Positions 1-10,958 of a DNA stretch of 64,000 nucleotides are shown here, piece after piece. The stretch lies in assembly GCA_053919585.1 (NCBI GenBank), contig CM132813.1; one strand, given 5' to 3'. How positions within the stretch are numbered: the stretch's first letter is position 1; each line of letters opens with the position of its first letter. The notes under the pieces are model-generated. The model was not told the origin of the DNA. It did no database searches and saw only the letters and a program-made list of their open reading frames with translations. Source of the stretch: Euprymna scolopes (taxonomy: Eukaryota). The position numbers and the translations under genes are program-made.

Positions 1-393
1 CGGCGCTGCCATGGGTCTGTCACGTTGCGGTGACACGGCGCTGCCATGGGTCTGTCACGTTGCGGTGACACGGTGCTGACATGGGTCTGTCACGTTGCGG
101 TGACACGGCGCTGACATGGGTCTGTCACGTTGCGGTGACACGGCGCTGACATGGGTCTGTCACGTTGCGGTGACACGGCGCTGACATGGGTCTGTCACGT
201 TGCGGTGACACGGCGCTGACATGGGTCTGTCAGGCTGCGGTGACACGGCACTGCCATGGGTCTGTCAGGCTGCATTGACATGGCACTGCCATGGGTCTGT
301 CAGACTGTTGCCATGGGTCTGTCATGCTGCATTGACACGGCTCTATTATGGATCTGTTCCACTTGTTTGAAACAGTGTTGCTATTGGTCTGCC
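1..393. repeat. 35-bp GC-rich minisatellite (unit CGGCGCTGMCATGGGTCTGTCACGTTGCGGTGACA), truncated by the window start and decaying rightwards
   Basis: About 7 near-identical units at 1, 36, 71, 106, 141, 176 and 211, then progressively diverged units to ~393. The unit contains the hairpin TGTCAC-N6-GTGACA. Confidence 0.95.
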
Positions 394-839
394 ATCTTTT
401 AGTTTGATTTAAATAAAAATAATAGATATTCAGTTTGAGATTTTTTTTTTTTCTCTTAATTTGATAATTTTTTTTTAAATATATTTTATAGAGAGGACTT
501 GATTGCAAAAAAAAGCACTTAAACAAGACCTAAGTCTACTTTTTCGTTAATCTCTTTCTTTTTCATAAAAGCAAAATTAGCTTAATGACATTTCTTGTCG
601 AAACAGCAGACGCCCACATTGCCATTAATCCTCCAACTACACCCACGGATTAAAGAACAGAGTCGCAGACAATGCAGAGACATTTTTAAGTTGAAAGCAA
701 TAAGCCAATAGATTAGTCGTTTGTGGTAAACCAAAATATTTGGATTTGTCATCTTCTCATCTTTTGAAAATGTGCCTGTGTGCATTCTATGTATAAGCCA
801 TGATCATCATCTGGATTTGGAGTTGATTTGAATGCTCAC

Positions 840-869
840 CTTAGCGTCAATCATGTGGTCTCGGTCAAT
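840..869 (-). CDS. Candidate 30-nt internal exon of an unidentified host gene (IDRDHMIDAK, phase 0-0)
   Basis: Minus strand reads cctatttcaacag|ATTGACCGAGACCACATGATTGACGCTAAG|gtgagc. Only frame 0 is open; the sequence is not repeated in the window. Confidence 0.5.
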
Positions 870-1008
870 CTGTTGAAATAGGATTTTCCCTTCAAACAAA
901 ACCACAACCCAAGTTTAAAACAAGTAATTTTGTGATGCTACAAGTATTTAGTTTTTCTATCGCATGACAGTCACTTTAACTGAACAGACCTGCAAATAAA
1001 AACTAACA

Positions 1009-1049
1009 TATTCGGTTGGTGCAAGAATTATCTTTGCACCAACCTAATA
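1009..1049. mobile_element. Ultra-short mariner MITE (MADE1/Hsmar1-type TIR tips only)
   Basis: TA-TTCGGTTGGTGCAA...TTGCACCAACCTAA-TA; resembles the TTAGGTTGGTGCAAAAG mariner TIR; TA flanks. Confidence 0.8.
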
Positions 1050-1088
1050 TCTTCTAACACTAGCAATCCATCAGCTTAGGGCTTCAAA

Positions 1089-1581
1089 CAGGGCTCTACA
1101 GACATATTTATCTTTAGTTGACCTTTGACAAGTAAATATTTTCATTTACTAGCCAAATCGAAAAGTTACAAGCCAAATCCACATAATTCTTGGAATACAA
1201 TATCTTTTTCTGTGACAAGTACATACATCAACATTTTTCTGTATTTTTTTTTTTTTTCAATTAAGTGTAATTCTAAAGATGCAAATTTTATGTTGAGACT
1301 TGAAAGTATAAAATTTAAAATTTATTCAAATGGTTTTTAAACAACCTTTGTTAAAAACAAAAAGAGTATATTGTTCTATTAAACTTTTATTGTTTAAATT
1401 GACTTTGCTTGTTTAAAAAATAATAATAATGGTTGAAAAGGTATTATTTTACTAAGTAATGAGCTTTGGAAGTTTGTGAAAGAAACACAATTGCCTAAAG
1501 ATAATCATTTTATTATTTATAGCCACCATGTGGAAAAATTAATTGCAAATAGGACTGTTTCACTTGCAACATAAAACCCTG
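1089..1581 (+). mobile_element. ~490-bp non-autonomous hAT-type MITE (family A)
   Basis: CAGGGCTCTACA...CCCTG termini; five further copies in the window. Confidence 0.85.
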
Positions 1582-2844
1582 CCAAAAGTCCATCTGTCTC
1601 TGAGAACTGAAACTCAACCAAATCTCTTTGCTTTTCTGCTGGAATCTATATATATATTACTTAGACTAAACTGCATGTGAGATAATCAGATAATTATCTA
1701 TGGACATGAGAAACTGACTGATCCTAAGACACACCATCTGATATAAACATTACTTTTAGAAAATCTAACATGGATCATAATTGCGGTATGGAATCTTATA
1801 TATAAGAGGAAATTATTATTTAAAAAATGTCACCCACTTTTGAGGTAGTCTTTCTCCCCTTTGCTAAGTATTTCTCTCACTGCAGGCTCATCATCTGAAT
1901 GCATTGCAACTATGGCCCCCCCCCCACTAAACATGCAGCATTGCACACGTAAAGATTGAAAGAAAACCAGTCATTTAATTAAATAACAGTTTATTTTATA
2001 ATAACCAAGAAATACTGCAATCTACACTGGCATCATGTGGATAGAGTACTAACTAGACATCTTCAATGACTGAATATCCGCCCTTTGCCATCAGCCCTTC
2101 AACACTACCTAAGATGGTTTGGACATACAGCTAGACACCCAGAAGGAGAACTCATTCATGAGGTTCTGCTTTCCTTCTCTACCTGGTTGGTGCAAAAACA
2201 TATGAAGACCTGAGTGGCAACAATCAAAGTCAACCCAGCAGTACTATCAGGCCTGCAAATAGTTGGTCGTACGACCTATCTCAGAATTGGTGAAAGTGAG
2301 CTGCAATATTCAGAGACACTGTACTTGCTGAAGAGAAAGCTGGGACGGACACTGCTTCTGCACTTTCTAGATTTTCTTAGCTCCAGGGAAACTATTCAAC
2401 AATCTAGAGGTAGGGAGTACTGGGTCGGGTCTTCAGATTTTGGTGGAGACCCCCTCAGATCAAAATATGCACTAAACCTAGGTAAGAATCGAAAAAATTT
2501 TGAAAAAAAATCAAAATTCATCTGTTGGCACCATTTTTTAGATTTTTAGGCTCCGGGGGCCCAAAAACGCCCATTTACCCATCTTTGCAAAAGAAGGGAT
2601 AAGAAATAGCAGTTGAAACTTAGGTATTTTCACTTCTTTTGACTTGGTCAATGAATTAGGATAGGAATGACACAATGTATAGCTAAATTGAGTTTTATTT
2701 TAGCATATAAAAGTCATTTTTTAGTACAAAATCGGGATTTTAGCACAATTTTCACGGTGATTTACACCCTAGATGTCATTCATTTTGCGGAAAGAAATAC
2801 CCTTAATCGTCCAGTGTTCCAAATCTGGTAAATTTTACATAAGA

Positions 2845-2874
2845 ATGTTTCTTACAAAGCTTCATACAAAAATT
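2845..2874 (+). CDS. Candidate first exon of the transposon gene (MFLTKLHTKI), or a 5'UTR exon
   Basis: ATG at 2845, phase-0 donor GTAAGT at 2875, and acceptor ttatatttctctttcag ending at 3137 in frame with the long ORF. Confidence 0.45.
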
Positions 2875-3137
2875 GTAAGTGTTATTTAACTAGTTTCCCA
2901 AGGGGCTTGGGGACTAGTATTAGTAGAATCGAATGATTGATAACATTGCAGTGTTATCTGAGAAAGGAGTTGTTTTGTTTATTTGGTCAGTTCAAAATGA
3001 GACTCTGAAATGTAGAGTCTCCTTGCTACGTTATTTTTATCATAATCATAGCACACAGTTGAAATCTCCTTGGGTCCATTCATATTTTTATTTGGGTCCA
3101 TTTTGAATATCCTGACACAGTTATATTTCTCTTTCAG

Positions 3138-4625
3138 GATTGTATTGAAGAGTCAGCCGGTAGAATGAGTAGTGTTGAAGCAGTGGAGCAGGAGGAGAAA
3201 GTTAAACATCTATCTCTTTACAGAGAAAGACGTTTTACTAAACTGGGATATTCGTGCTCCTCGATCCTCGATGCATTGCCTTACATTCGTATGGTTCTTG
3301 ACGAGACTCATCTCAGCAACCAACATGTCGAGATCGTGAGGATGTTACTGGATAGTGAATTGCTACTGAGTCAGTTGAACTGTCTTTCATTGTTCACGTA
3401 CAAAGTCTCATTACCTCTCCTAAATCTTGTTGAGGTAGGAACGCAGGATGATCTGTGCAAAATTCTTCCAAAGTTGTTTGAGGATCTTTCAGTTGGAAAA
3501 CTGGACACCTTGGAAGCGTACACTGTTCAATACAGACATATAGATATTGAGGAACCGACATCTGAGTTGGAGATAAAACTTTTGAAAGATATGTGTGTAC
3601 ATGCATCCAAAACGATCGAACTTCAATGTGGTAGAGAGTACGGATTTGGGCAGTACAATGACATTCGTGCCTCGCAAATACACAAGTTGACCGTGGAAGA
3701 GCGAAAAGACCTGGAGAGCAACAATGTTATGTGTGAACGAGAACTTGGAGTATTCGATCATCGTGCTATTGTTTCGAAATGTAGGAATAACAAGTTCAAA
3801 GCAAAATCCTTGAGAAACGATATGGTCTTGCACAGTGTGTCATTGGATGGTGCATCAAAAATTTCGACAGCAATTGCAAAACTTTTGAACAAAAGAGAAG
3901 ACGAATGGAATGAAGAACAAAAGACTCTTCTCCGTCTAAAAGTTGAAGAGAAGATAAAGAAAGCGATGAACGCAAGCAATTACACTACTAAATTGCTCAT
4001 AAATTGTAAAAGTTGGCGTGGTCCGTGTGTTAGTTCTGAAGAATTGATGTCGGTGCTAAAAGATCATTCAGAATTACAAGGGAAGATTGTCATGACTGAG
4101 TTAGCATATTACAGAGACACCCACAAATCAGATGTAACTGCAAATCCTGAACTATTCAAACTCAACAAAATCACTCATGAAGAGCGACTTATGAATCTTT
4201 GCGCACTCCTGGATGGTTGCCCGGTATCCACAAGAATTCCTCTGCGCACTAATGATGATGCCCTAAAAGCCATCACTTGCATTCCACAAGTTGCAGAGGA
4301 AATGGTTGAGTTACCTTTAATCCTGAATGTGAATCAGATGTGTGTGGTGTTGTGGACAGTAAAGGGGGTGCCAACATGGTTTCTGGGGTACTGTACTAAA
4401 ATCCTAGACAACCAGAAATACGAAATTGAACATTTGGAGCGTGTTTATGAAAGGAAGAACTTAAAATGGAGGTACCCAAACCCAGATGATAAGCAAACTA
4501 TTGATGCAGATCAAATTGTCGAATGCGAAATCAATGGAGACTGGGATGTTCTTTCGGACCGAAACATGCAATTCACACTGCACAACCACAAAGAGATTGC
4601 AGCCAAGTTTGATGGATTATTGTAG
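3138..4625 (+). CDS. Transposase-like protein: C-terminal half of a hAT-like DDE fold, coiled coil, CKxWxGP domain and C-terminal Tudor/SH3-like barrel
   Basis: Uninterrupted ORF (ATG 3165; frame open from the acceptor at 3138) inside TIRs. ERRF resembles the hAT RW motif; SNNVMCERELG (E191) resembles the hAT SxxxERxFS catalytic-E motif; WFLGY...YEIEHL...WRYP...D...QI is a barrel-type pattern. CpG-rich relative to the flanks. Confidence 0.7.
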   Translation, partial: DCIEESAGRMSSVEAVEQEEKVKHLSLYRERRFTKLGYSCSSILDALPYIRMVLDETHLSNQHVEIVRMLLDSELLLSQLNCLSLFTYKVSLPLLNLVEVGTQDDLCKILPKLFEDLSVGKLDTLEAYTVQYRHIDIEEPTSELEIKLLKDMCVHASKTIELQCGREYGFGQYNDIRASQIHKLTVEERKDLESNNVMCERELGVFDHRAIVSKCRNNKFKAKSLRNDMVLHSVSLDGASKISTAIAKLLNKREDEWNEEQKTLLRLKVEEKIKKAMNASNYTTKLLINCKSWRGPCVSSEELMSVLKDHSELQGKIVMTELAYYRDTHKSDVTANPELFKLNKITHEERLMNLCALLDGCPVSTRIPLRTNDDALKAITCIPQVAEEMVELPLILNVNQMCVVLWTVKGVPTWFLGYCTKILDNQKYEIEHLERVYERKNLKWRYPNPDDKQTIDADQIVECEINGDWDVLSDRNMQFTLHNHKEIAAKFDGLL

Positions 4626-4692
4626 TGCTTGTAGTGTATATCTGAGTCACTTTTGTTAAGTCTGTTAAGCACTTGGAAATCATAAAAGGACG

Positions 4693-5165
4693 GGATTATG
4701 TCGATTTCGGCCTATTTTCAGCAATTTTAGGTCCAATTTGGCCAAATTCACCCCTAAAATTGCCCTTAAAGACCCCAAGACCTGTCAATAATCATGGTTT
4801 TCTGCCTTATATGTGTGTCTGAAGTCATTCATATCCGTTGGGAATGAACAAGGATCGATTAAGTGACTGAGAACAGGATTTTGGCAATTTCGTCCTATTT
4901 TTGGCAATTTTGGGTCAAAATTTGGTCTATTTCTCTTCAAAAAAGGCCCAAAAAGATCTGAGACCTGTATATAATCGTACTCCAATGTCTATTTTAGGTA
5001 TCTACAGCAATATATACCTTTATAAAGGTGGACGAGGATAATTTATGTGACCCAAGATGGTTTTTGTGATTTTTGCCTGTTTTTCGGCCAATTTATGGCC
5101 AATTTTGGCCATTTTTTGACCGAAATTGACCAAGAATACCACAAAACCTGTTTAAATACATGACC
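4693..5165 (+). repeat. Diverged subterminal tandem array, 183-bp period, ~2.6 units
   Basis: Anchors GG(A/T)TT at 4693, 4876, 5059 and ACCTGT at 4780, 4963, 5146, each exactly 183 bp apart. Confidence 0.85.
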
Positions 5166-5989
5166 CTGTGTCATTTGAAACTATTTATATTCATTAATGG
5201 GCATTGGAGATACACAAGAAGCAAAATTATGCCTTGAAATCACTCATATTGACATTTCGGACACATATTTCTTGAAAAACCAACCCCAGATCTAAAAAAT
5301 GCCGCCAACAGATGAAAAAATTTTTTTTTTATTTTGACCTAGATACACCTTATATTTTGATTTGAGGGGGTCCCCACCAGATTTTGAAGATGTGACCTTT
5401 TTTCGACCCAGTACTCCCTACCTCTACTCATAAGAGTATTTCTATTGTCCTGTTCATTTCTTGCTAACATTATTGCTGATAACTTTATGGGGTAAGTTGA
5501 TTTACTCTTTTTAAAAATATTGGACTTACCTACATACTATAAATATAGTTACATTTAAACACCAATATAGCGATTCCTGGTAGTTATGACTCCCAGAATC
5601 ATGACATGTACTTCTGTAATATACCTTAGCTAATCGACATAATATACATTTGTTAATTATATACCACTGTGTTTGCCTTGATTATTACCGGTCTGCAAAG
5701 CTACAACAGTTCGCATCAAAAAGTTAAAAATGCCATTCCCATTTGTCAGCAAAAAAATAGAACAATGTAACAGCAATACAAACAATGCCAACTAGAATTC
5801 TTAATTGTTCACATAAAAGAAATTATGCTTAATTGGTAAAAAAAAATCTAAAGTATTTGCCAATTCACTAACATCCTCTTTGCTATTGGGACCCAACCCA
5901 GCTGATCTATTAGCACTGTAATTACATAACTGCAAAGAGAGTGAAGTTCTTTAAGACTTGCATGAACACTGATTTGGATTTGAAATAGC

Positions 5990-6130
5990 ATGGTCTTTGG
6001 TCCATCGTGATGGCTTGAAACAGTGTTACAATTGGTTTGTCACATGGGCTTGAAACAGTGTTGTCATTGGTTTGTCAAGCTGGTTTGAAACAGCATTGTT
6101 ATTGGTTTGTAATGTTGGCTTTCAACAATG
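5990..6130. repeat. Degenerate AT-richer copies of the 35-bp minisatellite
   Basis: Three to four units like GCTTGAAACAGTGTTGTCATTGGTTTGTCAAGCTG; alignable to the decayed edge of the 1-393 array (TTTGAAACAGTGTTGCTATTGGTCTG). Confidence 0.75.
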
Positions 6131-6820
6131 AAATAAACGTGCAATTTTTATAGATATGTTCGTTTGGGGGGGGGGGGGAACAGCAAAAAGAATTTATCAA
6201 TTTAGTAAAATCCTCTTTGCTATTCCAATAGCACTCAGTCCGTGATTGTACTAATTCCTTCTTCAGCAGTAAAATTTAGCAGATTAATTCATTGTCCGAC
6301 AATACAGTAAGCATAGAAATGGGATAAAAATAAATTAAGCAACAGACAGTGCATAGGTGGTGTTGGTGGTGGAAGATATCAATCAATCAATCTGTCTAAT
6401 AATACAGATCAATGTCAACTTTTAACACCAACAAAAAAATAAAAAATAAATAAAAAGGTAATAAAGAAGTTTGCCCTCTCAGCAGTTTGCGCTTGCATAT
6501 AATAATATTGACAAGTGCAGACAGATAAAAACTAACTACCTGGTCAGGTGAAACTATTATTACTGTTGCCTCCAGATTCAACATACACAGGTGCTTACTG
6601 CAACTCCACCCAAAAGATTTGCATTCACGACAAAATGTCTATGCTAGAGTCGTTGCCCATTTGTTTACAAGTTAATCCACGCATGCTTTGACTTGTCACT
6701 AATATTAAAATAGTTTGTCTTGGAATTTTTGCAATGAGGATTGATTTGTCATTTTTTTTGGATCATTCTCACTACTGTTCTCATGTCACAGTGTCGTTGG
6801 ATGTAACGATGATGATGATG

Positions 6821-7305
6821 CAGGGCTCTACATTGCAAGTGAAACAGTCGCATTTGTGAGTGATTTTTCAAAGTGGCGACTAGAACTAATGACACGCTTA
6901 TCTTTTGGCGATTGCATTTCTTTCATTGACAATCTTCCAAAGCTTACAATCAAGTTAAAATATCTTTCCACCTTTTTTTTTAATAAAACAAAGTTAAATT
7001 ACTTAAACAATAAAAGTTTAATAGAACAATATACTCTTTTTTAAACGAAGACTGTTTAAAAAACATCTGAGGAAATTCAAATGTTTATACCTTCAAGTAT
7101 CAACATAAAATTTGTTGTATATTTAGAATTACACTTATTTAAAAAAATATACAGAAAAATCTTTATGATGTACATACTCGTCACAGAACGATGTCATATT
7201 CTAAAAATCATATGGGTTTGGCTAGTAACTTTTCTATTTGGCTAGTAAACGAAAATATTTAGTTGTCAAAGGTCAACTAAAGATAAATTCGTCTATACAG
7301 CCCTG
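6821..7305 (-). mobile_element. hAT-type MITE, family A
   Basis: CAGGGCTCTACA...TATACAGCCCTG; reverse complement of 1089-1581. Confidence 0.88.
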
Positions 7306-8602
7306 TGATGGCAGTGATGATGATGAAAAGAAAGAGCATTGTTAAGGAAGGTTTTTATATCAATTTAATACACACACCCTCTTATTTGTAGACATTGATA
7401 AAGAAAAAAACTGTTTTCTTTCATGATAATTTCTGTTGACATGAACGACCATTAAAAGGGAACACTAGCTGAAAACTGACATTCCAATATGAAGAAATCT
7501 AAAAAAAAAAAAATGTCAGAAACGGTGCCGCCATTTGACAAGTTCATCTGAATAGGCTAGCCCTGTTAAGAAAAAGCAGTTAACCAAATTCTGGGTAGTC
7601 AAAATTTAATAGGCCGGATATTATAAGTTTCCTTGTGATAAGGAAAAAGAAGATGGTGGAAACAAAATAAAGTGTCTATTAGTTATTGTCTGGGAGAAAA
7701 GATAACCCAATTATTAATTTTTTTACTCATACAAAATGGCACTTGGGAAAAAAAAAACCTTGGTTATGCAAATGACGGATGGGCCCTCCCATATGAGTGA
7801 TGGCAAAAGGTAGAGACCCAATGGAGGGTGAAAGCAATGAATCCTTCAGTCGGATGGAAGAAAAAAAATGATTTTTTTTTTTTTTTTTAGACCCTGAGAA
7901 TTTCAAAAACTGCCTGAGATTGTTTTTCTGAGGATTGTGAAATGGAATTCTGGGAATTGGGGGCAGGGTTAAGCCCACCTGATTTTCAAGATAATGAAAG
8001 GCAAAAAGAGCCTCAAGGACACACTGTCAACTGCCTTGGAGCTTTCACACCAGTCAGAGAGAAACCCTGACTTCAGTCTCACTCTATTTTAAGCTCCTCA
8101 ATCTACACTGGAGAGACAAGCATAACTTTATTAATGGAGATGGCCAGTCGCCAGAGCATTTGTATTTAGTCACAACTTATGAACGACCAGAGTTTTGTAA
8201 CTTTAAGTGAATAATTATTTTTTTGTTCATAAGAAAAATGACCACTGGTTTTTCTTTATTTGTTGATCGCTTGTCAAATTGAAGATGCAGTGGATTGCAG
8301 CTCTACCCTGACACCCAGACAGTGAAAACACACACCAAGTCGTTATGAGAAGAGAACTAGCACAAAGTTGAAGTGACACACAGCCAGCCAAAGTAAACGA
8401 CATTGCCATACAGACTCAGGGTTGTGCACGATTTGTGTGTTCCAAGCATCTGTGCGGTATTTTCCAGTAACCAGTGAGAGTCTGGTCACTTTTGAAGGGT
8501 TAACCACTAGACAGAGTTAAAAGTGTAGCCACTGGAACTTAGGGTTAGTGCACATTTTCTTGCCCATATTTATGACGAGGACCTACCGAGGGTGGTGTTA
8601 CA

Positions 8603-8974
8603 CTCATCTTGAGTGTTATTTTCAGTGTTTCAATCGATGTAAACTCAGACCTTCCTTAGATGTATCTAACTTTAGAATCTTATTGTCCCACTCAGGAATC
8701 TGCATGGAATCTTGAATGGAACCCTTTATTTAATCCATGGGAGTAGCATGCTCTTGTTCCAGTCATGATTGGGTAGAAGCCCTAAGTAATTCGCAATTGT
8801 ATTTTGAGTGTCATTTGCCCTGAGGATTTAACTTTTAACATCCAGAAGAGTAATTTCATCAAATATTTTATCCACTATGTCACGAGTTTGACAGAGATTA
8901 GAGTTTGACAAGATACACTTGAAAAAGGTCAGAGGTTACATCAACCGAAACGTTGCAAAAATAACACTTAAGAT
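8603..8974. mobile_element. Palindromic Penelope-derived short element (family P1) with degenerate hammerhead motifs in both arms
   Basis: Arms ~8603-8668 and ~8901-8974 are inverted; the right arm reads GATACAC-TTGAAAA-AGGTC...AACC-GAAACGTT; the core TTAATCCATGG...GTAGAAG recurs elsewhere in the window. Confidence 0.65.
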
Positions 8975-10245
8975 GTCTGATGAATCCAAGTAATACAAAT
9001 ATTAAAATATTAATTTTTCATACATGTGAAAACGTGATAATCTGTCCTTACCAATCACCAACTAGGAGTGGTAACAATTTGAGTGGCTAAGGCAGTACTA
9101 CCACATTCAGCAGCTTTCCTTTCTAAAATCCAACCTTTCCTCACCATGGTAGTATAAGAGCTATACAGTTTGAAAATCCGATTCCTAACTGAGCCATCCA
9201 TGGCAGACAGATTTGGCAACAAACGGTATTAGCCGTAACCCATTTAACAGGACTATATTTTTCCTTTGGCATCAAAGCCAACAGAATATAGGTCATTATT
9301 AAAATGTTTTTTCCCTACTGATTAAGGTATGTTGTTAGCCCTGTGCAGTCCTAGGAGGTCCACCCTCCCTTTTCTCTTTAGGAAGGGGTCCGTTTATTGC
9401 TAATCGTCTGAGGCACTTCTCCTGGAGAATGCCAATAGACATATTTTTGAGGCCAGAGTGCTCTTCCTCTAAGGCACCGACACTTTAATCCCACTTTCCA
9501 ACCCTCATGTCACATCATCTTAACATAGTGGGAGGGGGGAGGGTAAATATTGGCTATAATGGTAAGTATCCAAGAGGAGACAGTGTCAGGTTCTGATATT
9601 ATCACAGCATCTGCCTGTGGCAAGCAAAGATATGTCAGGCACAGAACTGCAAATCAATGAAATAACTTACTTTTATGCTGTTCCTTTGTGTGCTCTGTGC
9701 CAAAACTTCCCTGACCTTGCATACAACAGCTGAGCCTTGCTGCTCTCATTGTCATGGGTTAAAAACCTGCTATCTTGCAGGTTTAACAAATAGCTGTGAC
9801 TAAAGAGGAGGACTTCATGCAAAGAAGACAATCTTGAAGCACGAATTTTATGAACTTTCAGAAGTCCTACTCACTTAAGAACAATCACAGGACAGGGTAT
9901 AAAAACAACTGTGAAAAAAATTATCAGGATAGGGGTTGAACCGGCTCTAAATAAGTTCACCACACCCCGCCTGAAGGCAATTATCCTCATACCAATCAGC
10001 AGCAGAGTCTTTGTAACAACTCAGCTATTCCTGGTGCCAGAGATGAACACCAAAAAACTATGTATAAAAACGTTTGATCATCTTTGCAGATCCATAATGC
10101 CTTAGTGAAACATATTTACTTTCAGCTGTTGATGACATTATATGTTATCAGCGCTAACCACTTGATGCTAATTTATTGCTATGCTAAACTATAAAATACA
10201 CATCTTTATGAAAGATAATCAACAATATTTAATGTTTATTTTTTA

Positions 10246-10924
10246 CTAGTGTGGATGCCCGGCGTTGCCCGTGTGTTTGTTGGTGTAAAAGAAAAAGAAA
10301 AAAAAAGGTTTTGGTAGTTAGGTAGGCTCGAACCCAAACCCTTGACATAAAGGTGAAAAAGAAAGTGTGAAAAAAAAAACTGACATCTTACTGCTCAGCC
10401 ACGACAGGACAGAAACAGAAAAGCATATTAATTTAATGATTAAAAAGTTAAGTGACATGTACGTAAATTTAACGAGGTCAAACATGATGCAACTTAACTT
10501 TAGATGCAATCCAGTTTTCCCAAGATGTTGGGGAAAACCAGCTCCCCATAAAAAGGGGAGTGTCCAAATGAATAGCAATTGTCTGATATAAGGGGTTTCC
10601 CTCGCATTGATCAAAGTTGATTGCTTTTCTGGACCTTCTGGCACGAGTGACAAGGAGCTCCATTTGCTACGGATTCAGTTTCACTTTTTTATCCGGAAAA
10701 GTCAAACAAACATGCGTAAACCAAGAAATATTGCGAAAATAGCATGTAAAAGTCGGCCAAATAAAAGATACACACGACCTCGTTTCGTGAATCGTAGATA
10801 TTATAATCTAGGTAGGATAGAAAAAGTTCTAAGAAACAGTGACCTTCCCTGAGCGCCCCTCCCCAAAAAAGCCTTTGCCAGACATACACAACAAATACAC
10901 ACACACACTCTAACACACATTTTG

Positions 10925-10956
<32 letters not shown>
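10246..10956 (-). mobile_element. Non-autonomous Helitron
   Basis: CTAG end at 10246 with GC hairpin CCCGGCGTTGCCCG nearby; (CA)/(TA) microsatellite at the other end; interior shared with 42050-42420. Confidence 0.75.

Positions 10957-10958
<2 letters not shown>

Larger units (their letters stand above)
2405..5426 (+). mobile_element. 3.0-kb TIR DNA transposon, divergent hAT-like, probably internally deleted
   Basis: Perfect 23-bp terminal IR TAGAGGTAGGGAGTACTGGGTCG (2405-2427 / 5404-5426), extending imperfectly to ~140 bp (2405-2545 / ~5288-5426); encloses a 486-aa ORF. Confidence 0.9.

Noticed and set aside
1-393. CRISPR-like array (35-bp palindromic repeats)
   Set aside because: Units are contiguous with no unique spacers, there are no cas genes, and the context is eukaryotic.
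2214-2549. 111-aa ORF and the many other 60-115-aa ORFs in the track
   Set aside because: They cross repeat boundaries, are low-complexity, or are antisense shadows of TE ORFs; no protein motifs.
3165-4625. Fanzor/TnpB-type RNA-guided nuclease
   Set aside because: No RuvC motifs or paired CxxC zinc finger, and no evident guide-RNA-like 3' end; the motifs fit a DDE transposase C-terminus better.
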